Under the pieces are notes generated by a model. That model was not told the DNA's origin. It was given only the letters and a program-made list of their open reading frames with translations, and ran no database searches. Shown piece after piece: positions 14,601 to 28,816 of a DNA stretch of 64,000 bases (the first letter of the stretch is position 1; every line of letters begins with the position of its first letter). The DNA is from Phoronis australis. Taxonomy: Eukaryota > Animalia > Phoronida. The stretch is from positions 1,657,095 to 1,721,094 of the forward strand of contig NMRA01000013.1 of NCBI GenBank assembly GCA_002633005.1, written 5' to 3'. A program made the position numbers and the translations under genes.

Positions 14601-17600
14601 GATTCCTTAAAGGTATTCATCACCAACTAAATGCTTTCATCATCATTTATAGTACAGAAACTATTAGACAATCATGAGAAATTCATTGTGGGCTGAGGTA
14701 GTTTTGGAAATTGTCCAAAATTGGTGAGATTTTTCCTTAAGTTAGTGTTTGGTAATCATTTTGACGTAAAGGAACAAAAAATTCCACTTGTCTAGGACAG
14801 TATTTTGCTGATGCTATGGTTTGAGCTAAGTTTGATAAGTTAGAAAAGTAGTGTTTTAAGATGGTTACTGTAAGATAAAGTAATAATGTACAAATTATAT
14901 AAATTTTCTAACATATCAAAGGGGAGGAGGAAGGGGGGGGCAAACTCTGAAGCACAAATACTGAACCGGATTATATAATTCTAATACTTTCAGATGTGAT
15001 GAAAGTAATGAGAAGTTACTATAATTATTCTTCACACATTACGGGAAACAGGAAATTTAGATGTATGCGTGCCGACTGGGGTAACGCAGGTTCTTTAACT
15101 AACTCAAAAAGGGGAATAACCGCAGCAACTGTTTCTCTTGTCCCTGTTGGCATGACAAACTTGTTAAACATCAAGATGGTCCATGTGGGTCTGCATCAAT
15201 TGATCAAAGTTGTTATCTGTCATGTCAGGTCACATGAATCTACTTAAGGTTGTCTATTTATAGAATAATAGACTAGTGAGCTGATTTGTTGGAGGGGGTT
15301 TGTCCTTCATGTATGTGACTACAAATCATTATTTAAGGACAATTGACCTTGGCTCTGTACCTTTAAAGCTAAAAGGTTGAATGGCATTCCTAATATGCAC
15401 TGTTCTATTTAGTTGAGTTGATGTTTTACTGGTTGATTTCCTGTGCTTATTCATTTTGATCTTTCGAACAAGTATTAATTCACCTGACCACTGCTTGTTG
15501 ACAAACACCTCCATAATCGTCACTCTCAAACTCATCAAATTATCAATTTCGTGATCATTAAAGATTCTTCAATTTGATAAAAAAAATTGTTAAAATTGCC
15601 ATATTTCTATTTTTCAGAGGCTCACCACATTTTTGCAGATGCTTAAAATGTTACGAAATCTTGTTTGATCATAAGCTAGGCTATACAAATGGCGCTAAAA
15701 GAAAGGCAAATTTTCCTGAAAGGTTATTTTTCTTATTTTGTTAAAACACAATTTCACCTGCCTGCCATATTGTGTCCATACAGAAATTTTTATTTTCGGG
15801 AGATTCATCTTCTGTTGATCAGTCCAATATTCTGTTGTTAAGAAACTGTGGAATTTTAAATCTGTCAGGGAATTAAAAGTTCCCTGATTGACTTTTCTAA
15901 GTGTCCAAGACTAGATTATCAGAAAGGCTCCCCCCACATCACAAGCCCCCCCCACTTTGTCAGGATTATGGATTATGTATAAATACTCTGTGACAGATGT
16001 GCATATCAGACATGCAATGACTTCAGTGTTGGTAGTGTCTGAAGAATTATTATAACTAGTTGCTTGCATATACTATAGGTGAAAATCAATTTATGAATAA
16101 GAGTTATAGTGTAGAACTTAACACCACTGTGGCGGCTACATAAAAATGACTCAACTTCAACAATAACCTGAATTTAACGGTCAGAAGCGATGTTCTCTCT
16201 GACAAATCCAAATTGGCAGTCCCAGTCTCTGCAGTCAACAACTGACCAGAACGGCCAGAAACAACACCGATTCAGCTGATCTGAGTAACACAGTGTTAAC
16301 ATTGTAAGCCAGCATCTGTCATGTTGAAATATTTTGTTTTTATAGAAATCACCTAAAACATTCAAAAATGTCTCTTTAGTATGTGAAATATACCAAATGG
16401 ATGAAAAAACACCTTCAAGAAAGCTAAAATTCACTTTTATAAATTACTTGAAACTTTGACTCAGAAGGTTAGAAGACATGCCAGTTTCAGATATACAAAC
16501 TTTTTTGTTTTTTCAATATGACAAAAATTGTCATATTTCAAGTTTTGAACATAACTGTTGTGACTCCTGACGTACAGAATAAACCCACATGTTAACAATG
16601 AAAAATAAGTCTTTCCCTTCTATTTTTGTTAAAAAAACTACTTTTTGGTTGCATTACGTGCCAAACAGGTGAACAATTATTCTCAGTGAAACTCACAGTT
16701 GGTTTTTGGTTTTCACAATTTAGGTTTCCAAACCGAATGCACAAGGAGACAAATGAAGCAAAACAGTCCAGTGCTGCTTGTCATGTTTCCTGAAATGGTC
16801 TTGGATGATTTGTTGCACATTTTGTCTTTAAGCTATACTGAAACTTTCCTAGACTGCTTACCTAACACTTACTAAGATAAATAGTGTAGAAGGAAAATAA
16901 ACATATTGCAGTGTTTCCAATAACACATGATCCCTTTTAGTTTGCCTAGTAATTATTACTACAATATTTTTATGGTCACTGTAATCTTTTTATCCTGCTG
17001 TTCCTGTTGATCTACCATGTAAACTGTCAACCACCTCGCTGTGGTTGTTGTTGATAAAATAATTGTGGTATTACCTTCTAATTCATGAACCACAGATCCT
17101 GGGATTTGCTTGTGTATGTAACCTCAAGAAATTCCCCATTGGTAGCTGCTGATGTCACTGAAGGGTCATTTGCCCCATCTTGGGGGTACTCCCATAGACT
17201 GAAGAGCTGTACATTAATTGTTGTCCTGAGGTGGGTGGCTTTTTCATTGACCGATTTCCTTGTGAAAGAGTGCCCTTTTGACCAAAATTCCTCCTCCAAA
17301 TGCAAAAATCTAAAGAAGGTTTTTTAACATTATAATGTTGAACTTTGGTTGTAAAAGAGATACAGTGCTCATTTTTCAAAACTTGAGTTCTGTCGTTATA
17401 GTGTGCAAATAGTGCATTGTCCCTATTAAGCCCAGTTAGGACTTGCTCATGAAGTATCTTTCACAATTCTACTCCCTCAGGGTGCAAACCTGAATTGGTT
17501 TGTTGGTTAAACACCAGTGGTATAGCCACAGTGGGCTCAATGGGCCAAGGCCCCGGTTTCTGTTCAATGCAGAAATTCCCTTTCCCAGTGGAAATTCTTT

Positions 17601-19665
17601 TCAATTTTATGTTTGGCCCCTCCTGTTCATATTGCTTTGTTTTATATCGTGGGCTTGGCAAGTCCAGCCATTCATGGGCTTACAAAACACCTTGGAGACA
17701 ATAGCAAGAAAATGACAGCATAAAGTTTTCTTGTTCCAAAGCTTGACAACATTTCAAGTATTCTTAAATTATTGTCATACACCAGTGTGACTGAGGGAAG
17801 TGAGTGAGAGGGAAATCTGGAGGAACTCTGACCTTAAATCACAGAGAATGTTTCACAATTGTAAACAAGTTGATTACTGTTCCCAACTTGACTACTTGAG
17901 AATAGTTTACAAATGTTGCAGGCGTTTTTTCAGTAGAAACAAGAATATTCATTTTCGTGAGGTCCTGGAGCCAATGGTAATTCTTCAAATAATTCAATTT
18001 GAAATATGAATCCTTTTAGGTTTTTCAAAGTCATATCAAAATTATATCAAGTGTCGCTTTATGGCAGCTGGGGTATACTGATATATGTACAGAATTGAGA
18101 ATTTTGGTAAACTAAAATTTTGCTTTTCTCATCTCATATTGTGTCCTCTGTTTACAGTGAACGTGACCTCTTAATTCTTCTCCTACTTAAGCGCACAATG
18201 TGGTAGACGAGTGAAATTTTTTATGTCCAATTTCTCAGCAGAAATAAAGATTAAGAAAATGTCAGTCTATTATTAACTTGGTTTGCACCGTGTACTGAGA
18301 TGCTGCGGTGATTATGTTTTCTTTTATTAACAGCAAGTTAATCAAGCTCGCAATATCGACAATTGTTTTTGGTGTAAAATAAGTGAAGTCACTGTAAAAG
18401 TGTCTGGGAAAATCTGACAGTCATTGGAATGCTTCTGTGTACTGAATGGGAGCAACGGGCAAGTTCTAGTCTTGGCAGGGATCTACAACTCCTGACTGCA
18501 CTGATCATAAAAGAGCCTTATCGAGAATATCCTCGCATAACAACATCCTTTCTGAGACCATACAGTCAAGTTGATAAGGTAGACCAGTAGGAAGCACTAC
18601 TTAAATGATAACATCCTCACCAAGGAAGTTTGAAATTGTTGTCACCGATTTGGGAATGGGAGTTTTCAGAGTAAACACTACTTCAGTGTAACTCTCAGAA
18701 TGGTCGTCAGAATTATTTGGCAGCGAATTCGCTTTCCGTGGAAGTAACTGACTTGATTCAGACCACTTACTGCTCTAAGATTGATCTCAAATTGTTTCTA
18801 ACTCGGATGAGAAGTGATTTTTTGGTCTTGTTATTATAATAACTTACAACAAGAAAATGACATGCAGTGAGGATAAACAAAGTGGTCTAAATTAGGAGTT
18901 GTTTGTTGGGATGATAGGCCGGTTCCTAGCTGCTTTAAGTTGAAAATGTAGTGATAAAATGGGAGTTTTTGTGGAAGTTAGTCAGAGGTTAATGTGATGT
19001 TATCGTCACCTAGCGAACTTGCAAAGCAAACTGTTGGGATTTCAGCAAAGTGTGTGCTTTTGGTAAGAGATCAGTATCCACACATTTGGTTTTTGACATT
19101 TTGTTTTTTGGTACAACTTCCTTCCTGTTTCTGTAACACCAATATACCTACCAGCGACCATAAATAGTCTTGCCACCAAGCGTACCGCCGACCATAAATG
19201 GTCTTTCCAAAGCAGTCGCTCCCGGTTGTACTCCACAACTTTTTTAACGCATGTTCACATTATATTATGTTTACATTAATTTTATTAAAAATGCGTTCAA
19301 CTTGGGAAACTATGGATTTGTATGGTGATGGTTCGTCCAATTTTGAGTTATAAGTGTTGCTCATAATGCCCTTTTCCTGTTATCCATTTTTGTATTTATT
19401 GGAAATTTCAGTTGTTGGGTTACAGCTTTTTCAATGAATCGTGAAGTAAGATTTTGTTAACATGTGTTCTTGTTGAGAAAGCCAAAGTTCACCCGATGTT
19501 CAAATCATTGCGTCACATACTGAAAAATCCTCTTTGCCGTCATTCAAATTATTTTTTGAAAGAATAATAATTTACACTGTTACAAACATTTCATTCAGTA
19601 TCATCGCCCTTGCCTCTAGTGTCCAGCCCACTGGCAATGATAACACATCATAGGAAGTCCATCAT

Positions 19666-19671
19666 TTTATT
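19666..19671 (-). other. Candidate KLF5 polyadenylation signal AATAAA
   Basis: tttatt on + strand, ~1.06 kb downstream of the KLF5 stop at the end of an AU-rich stretch; another AATAAA occurs nearer the stop (~20287). Confidence 0.4.
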
Positions 19672-20729
19672 CATTCAACCTGTAGAAAAATATTTAGAAT
19701 CGTCCAAAATCAATTACATATGCACATTGTAATAAAACCAACATATGTATATTGCATAACAAATAAAAATATCCTTTACCGTTTAGGCACTGTATACATA
19801 TCTGTCACCAAGCTCAACAACATTAAAAATAGATTATTAAACTTTACAGAAAATTTGCCCATGTGCCAGGCTTCTGTTTGTCACAGTAATAATATAGGTA
19901 AAAACTAGGTTGAAAATACACGTACAAAAAATATGTTGTCAAACATGTGGTGTTAATGGAGTCATTTTTCCAGATATGTTAATTAAACAAATATTTTAGG
20001 TGCTGTATTTTTGCAGGCTTAAACATCTGTTAGAATCTCATGTTTTAGGTATAAACAAACAAATGCAGTTTTCAATCTCAGTTAAGCCTTTGAGGCTCTT
20101 TAGTACAAATACACCTGTCCTCAAAGTAATTTGTCTTGCATAAATTTAAGGTCTCTCGCACTTAAGCGCCAACTGTCTAAAGTCTTGTATTTGATTTGAC
20201 AATTTTAACCGTACACTTACACTCGGCTGACATTACAGAGCTGTTCTATATATTTTGAACAGCGAAATAATATAATGTACTAGACTTTATTTCCTTGTCT
20301 ATACACCTAATTATGACCTTTGTCACATTCATATCAAAACACTCCAACAACTACTTTTCACAGCAGATGCAACAAAATAAAAATTCTCCCAAGCTATTTA
20401 CATATATACATATTCAGAATAATTAGGAAGACCACCTATACATATTTGCAAACAATGCACGCCAAAAATAATCAGACAAAATGAACCAGAATTTCCAGTC
20501 ATGGGGACTGGGGAGGCAAATAGTAATCGTGCAAGTGCACGTGGAATTCACTGTCCAAGTATACTGTAGATGGAATGGCAAGCCATAAGGGTTCGTCGTT
20601 GGTCACGAAACAGAATTTTGAATAATTACTTTCGACTTGCAGTGTAAGTCGCTTCATTGTCACAAAGTTACGTGATGACGTTAACGCAAAAAGAGGAATG
20701 TCCAGGTTTCTTCGGTAAAGCCACTCCAG

Positions 20730-20987
<258 letters not shown>

Positions 20988-23793
20988 TCAATTAGAATGA
21001 GTTTTGCATCTGTGCCCAGGCCAGGTGTTAGGTCACTAGATGGTATAAATATGTAATAGTTTTAATACTAATAATGCTTAGTTAACTTTGTGCAAATTAC
21101 ATGCAAATAACACTGCCATCACATTTGGTTTAAGAACGGCATTGTTACACTCATCACCATACTTTGTATAATTCTATTAATGGCCGATGATAATGAATTA
21201 GTTAGCAGTATAATATGTTATCACCACAAATAGCACACTCTATGCGATCATTAGTTCAGTTGTGTATTTCTAAGCTGCCATGCGCCATAGGCTTATGTAA
21301 ATTATATGAAGATTGAACTTCATTTTTTTCTGATTTTACGTTTCTGATAAATCACTTTGTTTTTTATTCAAACTCATGAGTCATTTGTTAAAAATGAGTG
21401 TTTTCAGTCTAATGCTAAGTACACACAATCATCCATTTATAATTGGTTTATGAGTCACGGTAGACTCGCAAAAACTTATATCTGTAGCATATGCTTTCAT
21501 AATCATTAAATGCGTAAATTGCATTAGGCAAAAGTGTGAAGTTAAACAACTCTTGAATTACCGACTGATTAGTTTTCCATGACAAACACATTAAATCAAT
21601 AGAAAAGAAATCAAGACAAACAATTAAATTGAAGAGTTATGCCCAAGTAATGGCTGGAAACAAATAAAGGTTAATGCTTAATTTATCCACCGATTACTGT
21701 GTAAATTAGCTGTAGACTGACCTGCAGCAGTCTGATTTCAACTTTCCTCTACTGAAGTGCATTCCTATTTCCTGTTGATAATGCTTGCTAGGACACCCTT
21801 GTGTTTCTTCGCCTGAGTGTAACTGTTAGTTTAAACCCTGTGCTGTGTTCATACATGAGAAGTGAGATACATTTCTGGGACTTCTTTGTGTAACCTGGGA
21901 CCCATGAAGGTTTTTCAGCAAGCTTCAGAGTATTTTGTATTGGATTTGGAATTAAACTTGATTTTTAAGACTATTCACTGTCGTAGCCGCAGAAAGGTAC
22001 AATGGGGGTCCTTGATCATTGGAAAAACCTTACCCTTCAGTTTTGTGTTTGCTTCAACCTCTTCTTTGTAGAATTTTAAAATGTATTATACATCAGAAAT
22101 CAACTTTAGAAACGGAACAACAATCGCGTGATTTCATCTGGAAGACACGGTTTCTTTTATATGTATGTGTGTATGCATGTCATTCTTTGTAGTATCATAA
22201 ACAAGCTATTCAATTGTTTTGTACACTTGGGTACATGGAAAGAGAAGGTATATCAACTTCATTTTTTCGTTCAAAAGTAATTTTGTAACTGCTTCTGCTT
22301 GATCTATCCATGCTTCCCCTGATCCCGTCAGATGAATAAAGCCACTGTTTACAGTGTTTGGGGTATTAAACTATGCTTGGAAGATAACATGTTGTTTGAA
22401 CAGCGACTACAATTTTACCTTTGTTGATTCAGCGATAACACGAAAGGTCATCAGCTTTATAAGCAAACCTTGGAGAATTTTACAGGCAGCTTCAATTGCT
22501 TGGTAATGTACTCTTAACTGCTGATAGTAGTGGCTTTTAAAAAACCACAAATATGTATTTTGCTACAGTCTTTCACAAATTGTTTTTCGCTGTTGTGTCT
22601 GTGAGTGTGCTTATATTCAGGGGACTAAATACACTAGTTAACCACGTAGTGGATGACAGTGGTGATGAAATTGACCTGTTCTTCATCACCAATATATTTA
22701 GTTATGACTATACTATTAATGACGTAGTTGCCATTAATGACACTTGACAGTAGCATTCTATCAGCTGCCCTATTTATGTACTCCTCATGTTGACCTCGCA
22801 TCCGGTTTTTTACTGAAAGGTCAGTCTCTACAATGGGAGCTGTCTTTTTTGGTTGATTAATCGTCACTGCAGTGGTGAATTTTAACTTTTCTATTGTTGG
22901 TAGCATAGCATTTCTTTACTTGTATTGTAACTTGGAAACCTTCACATAAAACAAGCCCTGTGAACTTATTCAGTGACTAGATCAGAACACTTTTTCCAAA
23001 CATTTTAGCTTATGACTTAATTAGATCTGAGGGACATGTGTTGTAAACCACGGTGTGGTTGGCCAGCTTACCACCATGTTGATAAATCCACATTTCTGAT
23101 TTTACAACCGGATTCCAAAAGTTCAAGTGTTGTACCTAAACTGGGACTGGGAGAAAACTGAGAAAGCTGGCTTCAAAAAACAACAGGTTGGTTTAAGATT
23201 AGTGAGAGGTTGACAAGCAAGTAGGATGTTTGTCTGAACCAGCAAAAACAAGGTAATTGGTTGAAACTTTCTCATGACAGTCATGGCTGAGGTATGCCAG
23301 GAGCTCATGGTTTGCGGTTATTGTCACAGTTTCTCTTGGACCACTGCTGGTTTAAATTGTGTGTGGCTCACTGCTACATGTGTTGGGGATCTATCTTTAG
23401 ACTGCTCCGCCACTCTGAGGACCAGATGTTCCCAACCACGTTTACTACAGTCGACCCATTAACTGAACTTCTGATATGTTAGTTGCCTGTTCAGCAACAG
23501 TAATAATGTGAAGTGTCAATCAATGTAAGGTTAAAGGTCATGGGACTGATGGGAGTAACTTATGATTCCTTGTTTGAAGTTCATTTGTAAGTGCAACATT
23601 TCCTGGTTTCACTTTGAATACTATGAAAGTGAAAGTTAATTTCTATTTTTCAAGGGTTGGTATTCACACTGACACCAGCCCTATATATACACCGTTAATT
23701 TTAATCTTTGTTGATCATCAATCAGCAGTTGTGGGCATATTCAGAATTTTAAATATTGTATTTTTCAGGCAATGAAATTGCTGTTGCTCCTAC

Positions 23794-23853
23794 CTGTGTG
23801 TATCCTTTGGTGAGCCTTCAGATGCGAGCTTTTGGTGTAAGCCTTTCTGCAGC
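23794..23853 (-). CDS. KLF5: Kruppel-like factor 5, exon 3 (60-nt exon, second half of zinc finger 1); not in ORF track
   Basis: gttccag|GC TGC AGA...CAC ACA G|gtagg encodes (S)[19 protein letters not shown](G); phase 1/1 fits both neighbours. Confidence 0.95.
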
Positions 23854-26800
23854 CTGGAACAAACAGAGAGAACAGTAAATGCAAAATCGCGTGACACAAA
23901 AAATTGAGTTCTTCAAATGAGCTAGACTAGCATTGTCTGTATCCAACCCCCTTGTTCCACTCATGAGAGAACAATCTCAAGAATGCTGACGGGAATTAGC
24001 GTGTAATGATAGAATCAGGCGAAACAAATAAAACAATTACACGTGTACTCAATTGGTCTATCTGTTTTATTTTTTCTCAACAAGGCTGCTCCAATTACCC
24101 GGGGCAACGTAAGTAGTCAAGCATGATCCCCTACAGTGCAACAGTTGAGAAACAAACAAGAAACTGTCGGGGGGAAGGGGCAAAAAACAAGTGTATGTGT
24201 AAGAGATACCATCTCTTTTTATTGGAACAACGAGAATTTGGTGTTAATAAGCCAATTTGGGACCACCTGTCTAAATTTCGCAATCTACACTTAAGCAGTA
24301 CAGTTCATGCACTGGGTCTGCACCTCCTCACCAGTTGGAGTTGAACTTGAATGTGCTTAGGTGTTTAAATTAAAATACCACCACACGGCAAGAACACATT
24401 TTTTCTGGAAATATTTCGCCAGGGACAATAAACAATCAGGATTTAATTGCAGGGTTGTGTCATGTTCTGAGCAAAAAGTAATAACTGCACAGACGGAGTG
24501 GCGATAAATGATGTTTAAGTAAATAATTTAAGTTAGGGCAACATCTTTTATCATGAGTAATTTTTGTACAGGTGACAAGGTGTTTCATTTAAGTCCCCGA
24601 GATATAGTATCAAACTGAACTTGGGGAACGGGAGTTGTTGAGTACATGAACAGAGTTTGGGTTGTGTACTCAGCTTAATTTCAAGTTTTAAATTAGATTT
24701 AAACTTCAGCAAATTTATTTTAACAAGACTTGACAAGATCCTGTTACGTGTTAGGTGGGTCATTTCTGCACAGTGGAATTCAAATCCGTGGTAAGTGCAT
24801 TTCCATGGAGACCAGTCATTACAGAAATGTGGTTATAATTCATGATTCATAATCACATGGTATTGAGCAATTTTCTCAATTGGCTGAAATTCCAAAGCAA
24901 GTGAGACGGTGTGGCAACACAGGACCATGACATGATGCAATCGCCATGGAATTCAAATTGAAAAACAACTTGCAAAAACACGTGTTTGGAAAGCGCTTAG
25001 TTTCTCAATTTCCACCAGGTGTCAGGAATGTACTCTTCGAAGAATGGGCACCTAGACGGCACACAATCTTTAGTCGTATAAATCGTAGTAAATCACAGTC
25101 GTGAGTGCAATAAAGCGGTGTTTTTATGAGGGTCCAATAATATTCTCTATTTGATATATGCCCGAAGACATGACGTACCAACTTTCAGACGTACAGCTAA
25201 CATCTGCTACAAACTTATTAAATCTTCCGAAAATTCAATAGTGAAACAGCTGTAATTCAGACCAAGATGTTACGTCCATTCTCTGCACTAGCACACCAAG
25301 TTATGGAATAGTAAATTTAGACATCAATTTCACTGCTACCTAAAGACTGTTGCATAGTAAGCTCGCACAAAATGTTCTTGGAGGCCACTAACGGTACTAT
25401 AAATTTCAGTCGTACGCTTAGGTAAATCGCTCGTTTTTCAACCATTGTACTTAAGTTTGTTTTGACGTGTTTGTGAACTAAACACACACTGCTGTTGGTT
25501 GGTCACGTAGGACTTTCACTATTTCATTCATCTGTAGTGTACGGCTGCAAATCCCCAGTTTTGTTTGTTTTGGAAGATCCCTGCTTCCTCCCACGGTCAC
25601 CTGTGCTAAGTGTTGACTAAAAGTGTGTACCTTTTGATTAAAACTAATCTTGTCTACCTTAGCGTTGGGATAACTGGTAATTTATGCCTGCTTCTATGTG
25701 AACACAAACTGCGCTGTCAGTTACTGACATTTGATCAGAAGGATCGCGATCGAGGTAGAAGTTCTGAAAGTTTAAAAGCGTAGTAAAACGCAGAGCTATT
25801 TTGTGAAGATGCGAAGTTCATTCTTTACGACTGGAAAAGGAATGCTTTCACAGGGTAGCGAGGGGGTTGTATGGCGCATCAAGTTAATTTCCTTTCTAAT
25901 TTAACACCTCAAAAGTCTTGCGAACAAAATATTGTTATTTCTTAATTTCTCTTCCAATGTTCACAATACGTATATCCAGGCAGTGGACACTATTTTAAAA
26001 TAGCCATTTCCCAACTTATTTACCTAAGTCCGTGCTGAATAAAGTGACAGATTCAATGATAAGGCTTAATGCTTCAGATTACGTAACACTCTTAGTGACT
26101 ATAATAGACACTGGCACAAAAGTGGCCTTTTGCTAGCAAGTACAATACACACAATGAAACCCCCTCTGTCCACTCACTATTCATCTTTGGCATGCACAAA
26201 TATTTGAAGTGTAAATTTCGACTTGAGGTCGCCCTGATTTATACCCTTTTTTCTGCCAATAACCCAATTCCAAGTTCAATTTAAAAAACGATTTTCAGTG
26301 CTAAGCAATATTTCCCCCTGCCGTTTCAGTCTGTGGCAGTATGCCAATGTTTCTATTGCCAATGTTACGGCAGTGGCGAAAAAGATTTACCAGCTGAGTA
26401 GTGTAAGCGTGTGAACCAACTGTTGCACAAGAGCGGTGTAACAGTGCATGACATTAAACCTAATTACATGTTGCCGACATTAAAATCTCATTTCCTGGTA
26501 CACCGGGGTGCCCAGGCTACCAGAGGAACGAAATAAACATTCGAAGCTGTAGGTGTTATCGAATACTAGTAATACTATCTTGGAGATTAATTATCTTGTC
26601 ATAACTTCGATACTCCTGACCCTGTACAGAAACTGTATTGCGACTTTCTAAATTGTCGTCTGAACGACCTGTACACGCTTCTGCTTTTGGACAGTTGCCA
26701 ACTCGCCGGGCGTCGTGTTCATAATTGCCTATTTCAACGTTTCGTAAGGGAGCAAATCCTGAAGATGTAAAGCTAGGAAGAAAGTGATCGTCTTATTTGG

Positions 26801-27888
26801 CCTCAACAGGGCAGAATTGAGATTGACAACAGGTGTCGAATACCCCTCACACGGGTAAATAGAGAAATAATTCTCTATGAACGGACCAGCGTACCTTTAA
26901 AACCTAAAAACGTGCTGCAAGTTGGTTTAAATTGTCCAGACGATTTTACGTTTCTCCGTAAATCCCATGGTGATGGTTTCGTACATTTTACCCATACCCA
27001 AGGTCATACACCGGACACGGCGCGCACGTACTCGTTGTTGCGTCATAAAAATTTCCCCATACAGTCGTCGAGTCAACAGCTGACCAAAAGGTAATGAACC
27101 AACGAATACACACTCATATCTTTATATGATAAGATAATGGAATCAGTGTGAGAAGGGTCAATTGGCAAATGTCTTCCAAGAAAATTCTTCTCGCAGCTTA
27201 ATGGTATTTGTAAAAACAACTTGTTCCCCAAGTGTCACTTTTATGTATGACGCAAATTTCCATGACATAGCAAATTCTAATCAATGACGTCATCCGGTTT
27301 ACGAACACAATACATCGTGTAAAAAACACAAGCCACAAAACGATCCAAATCAAAGAGGTTAAAATCGATTTTTTTTCTTTGAATACAGAATCTAAAAATA
27401 TGTTTGGGACAGGGCAAGTTCGGTTACTTAGAGTGTAGTTGCTTTTACTAATTCTGGCTCCACCCACGAGGTGTACGTGTACCATTCATCGAGTTAACCA
27501 CGTGTTAATATACCGAATTTTCTCTTCATCTACAGAACATCAACAGGGCTGTCGCTGAGCATAAGTGCAAACAGTGAAGGCTGTGCTTCATGTTTTCGAG
27601 TCCTGATTTTCCAACTACCGTATATAGGTTACGTATTACACTAAAATAAGTAACACTGCAACTGAAAAGAGCTTCAACCATTTGCCTTGTAATGCAGAAA
27701 ACTGGGCTTTTCAAACATGGGTCAATATTTTCAAAAACGGTGCAAAACATTTCAAAGAGGATGCAATACCATGTTTTCATGTAGGGAGCACATTGCTCGG
27801 ATTCAGTAGGTGGCGGACCACTATGTAGGGAGCCCAGGACTGTATGTTGTGCATGCATCGACTTGAAAAGAGAAAGGGTTTTACTTAC

Positions 27889-28816
27889 TAGGAAAATCGC
27901 AGAAATGGATACGCCTTTTCTCCAGTTCTGGGTTGTTCTTACGGTTGTAACGGATAGTGGTGCAACCGGGATACGTGTTTCTTGGTGTTGGTTTGATGCC
28001 CGTCCTGCTCCCTGGTGTAGGCGTTGACGGCATGAAGTCGGCAGTTCTGATAGGCGTAATCAGTGCCGGGAGGATGGGAATGGGCGCTTGCGACTGGCTG
28101 GTGGCAGGGTAGGGGGGAGGGGGTGTTCGCCGGCCGTACTCATTGTCGGCCGGGCTACCCGGCTGAGACTGGGGAGGCGTGGGTGGCAGGTGGTTTCTGC
28201 TGACAGCGGAAATGAATGATGGACTTGATGTGACAATGACTGGTAACGAAGTTGGACGATCACTTTTTGTGCCGGCGAATTGACAGGAAGTCCTTTCTCC
28301 GTTTTCTAATTTAAGTGGAGTGTACGTTCTAGCAAAACTGCAGGCGGATTTGTTTCCGGCAGGTTCCATTTTGACCATGTCACAGTTTGTTGTTGGCTGC
28401 TCGTTAGCAGGGTCTATCATATTGATGCTGGAAGTTAAGGTTTCCCATAGCGACTCTTCCGGTTCTGACTTGATAGTCTCAATAAGTTCAAAATCGCCTT
28501 TTGAGAAATCGGATGTGAAGAACTCTTCCACGAGGGAACTGCTCCCTCGACGTTGTCCATTTTCATTCCAGTCAAGACACTGACTGAGAGTTGGCAAATT
28601 GCTAAGCCCTGTCACCACATGGGGGTTAGAAACTGTGGCCTTCATTGACGGTTTTGTGACTCTCGAAGCCGCCAACTTCACGTTTAGAGTAACATCAACG
28701 TTGTTGTTGGTGGTGGTGTTGTCTTGAAAGAACTCGTCCACAATGGACGCGCTATCTCTTCTGACAATGTTTCCGGTTTGAGGAAGCTTAAAGTGCGTAA
28801 AAGTTTCCTTCTTTAC
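27889..28816 (-). CDS. KLF5: Kruppel-like factor 5, exon 2 (activation/regulatory region and start of zinc finger 1)
   Basis: ttttgcag|GTA...CCT A|gtaagt; contains LPPTPPQSQPGSP, TPPPPY and RYNRKNNPELEKRRIHFCDFP (human KLF5, from memory: LPPSPPSSEPGSP, TPPPSY, RYNRRSNPDLEKRRIHYCDYP). Confidence 0.93.

Noticed and set aside
18400-18750. LINE endonuclease relic (SLECFCV...LVLAGIYNS)
   Set aside because: Weak resemblance with many stops and no downstream RT motifs.
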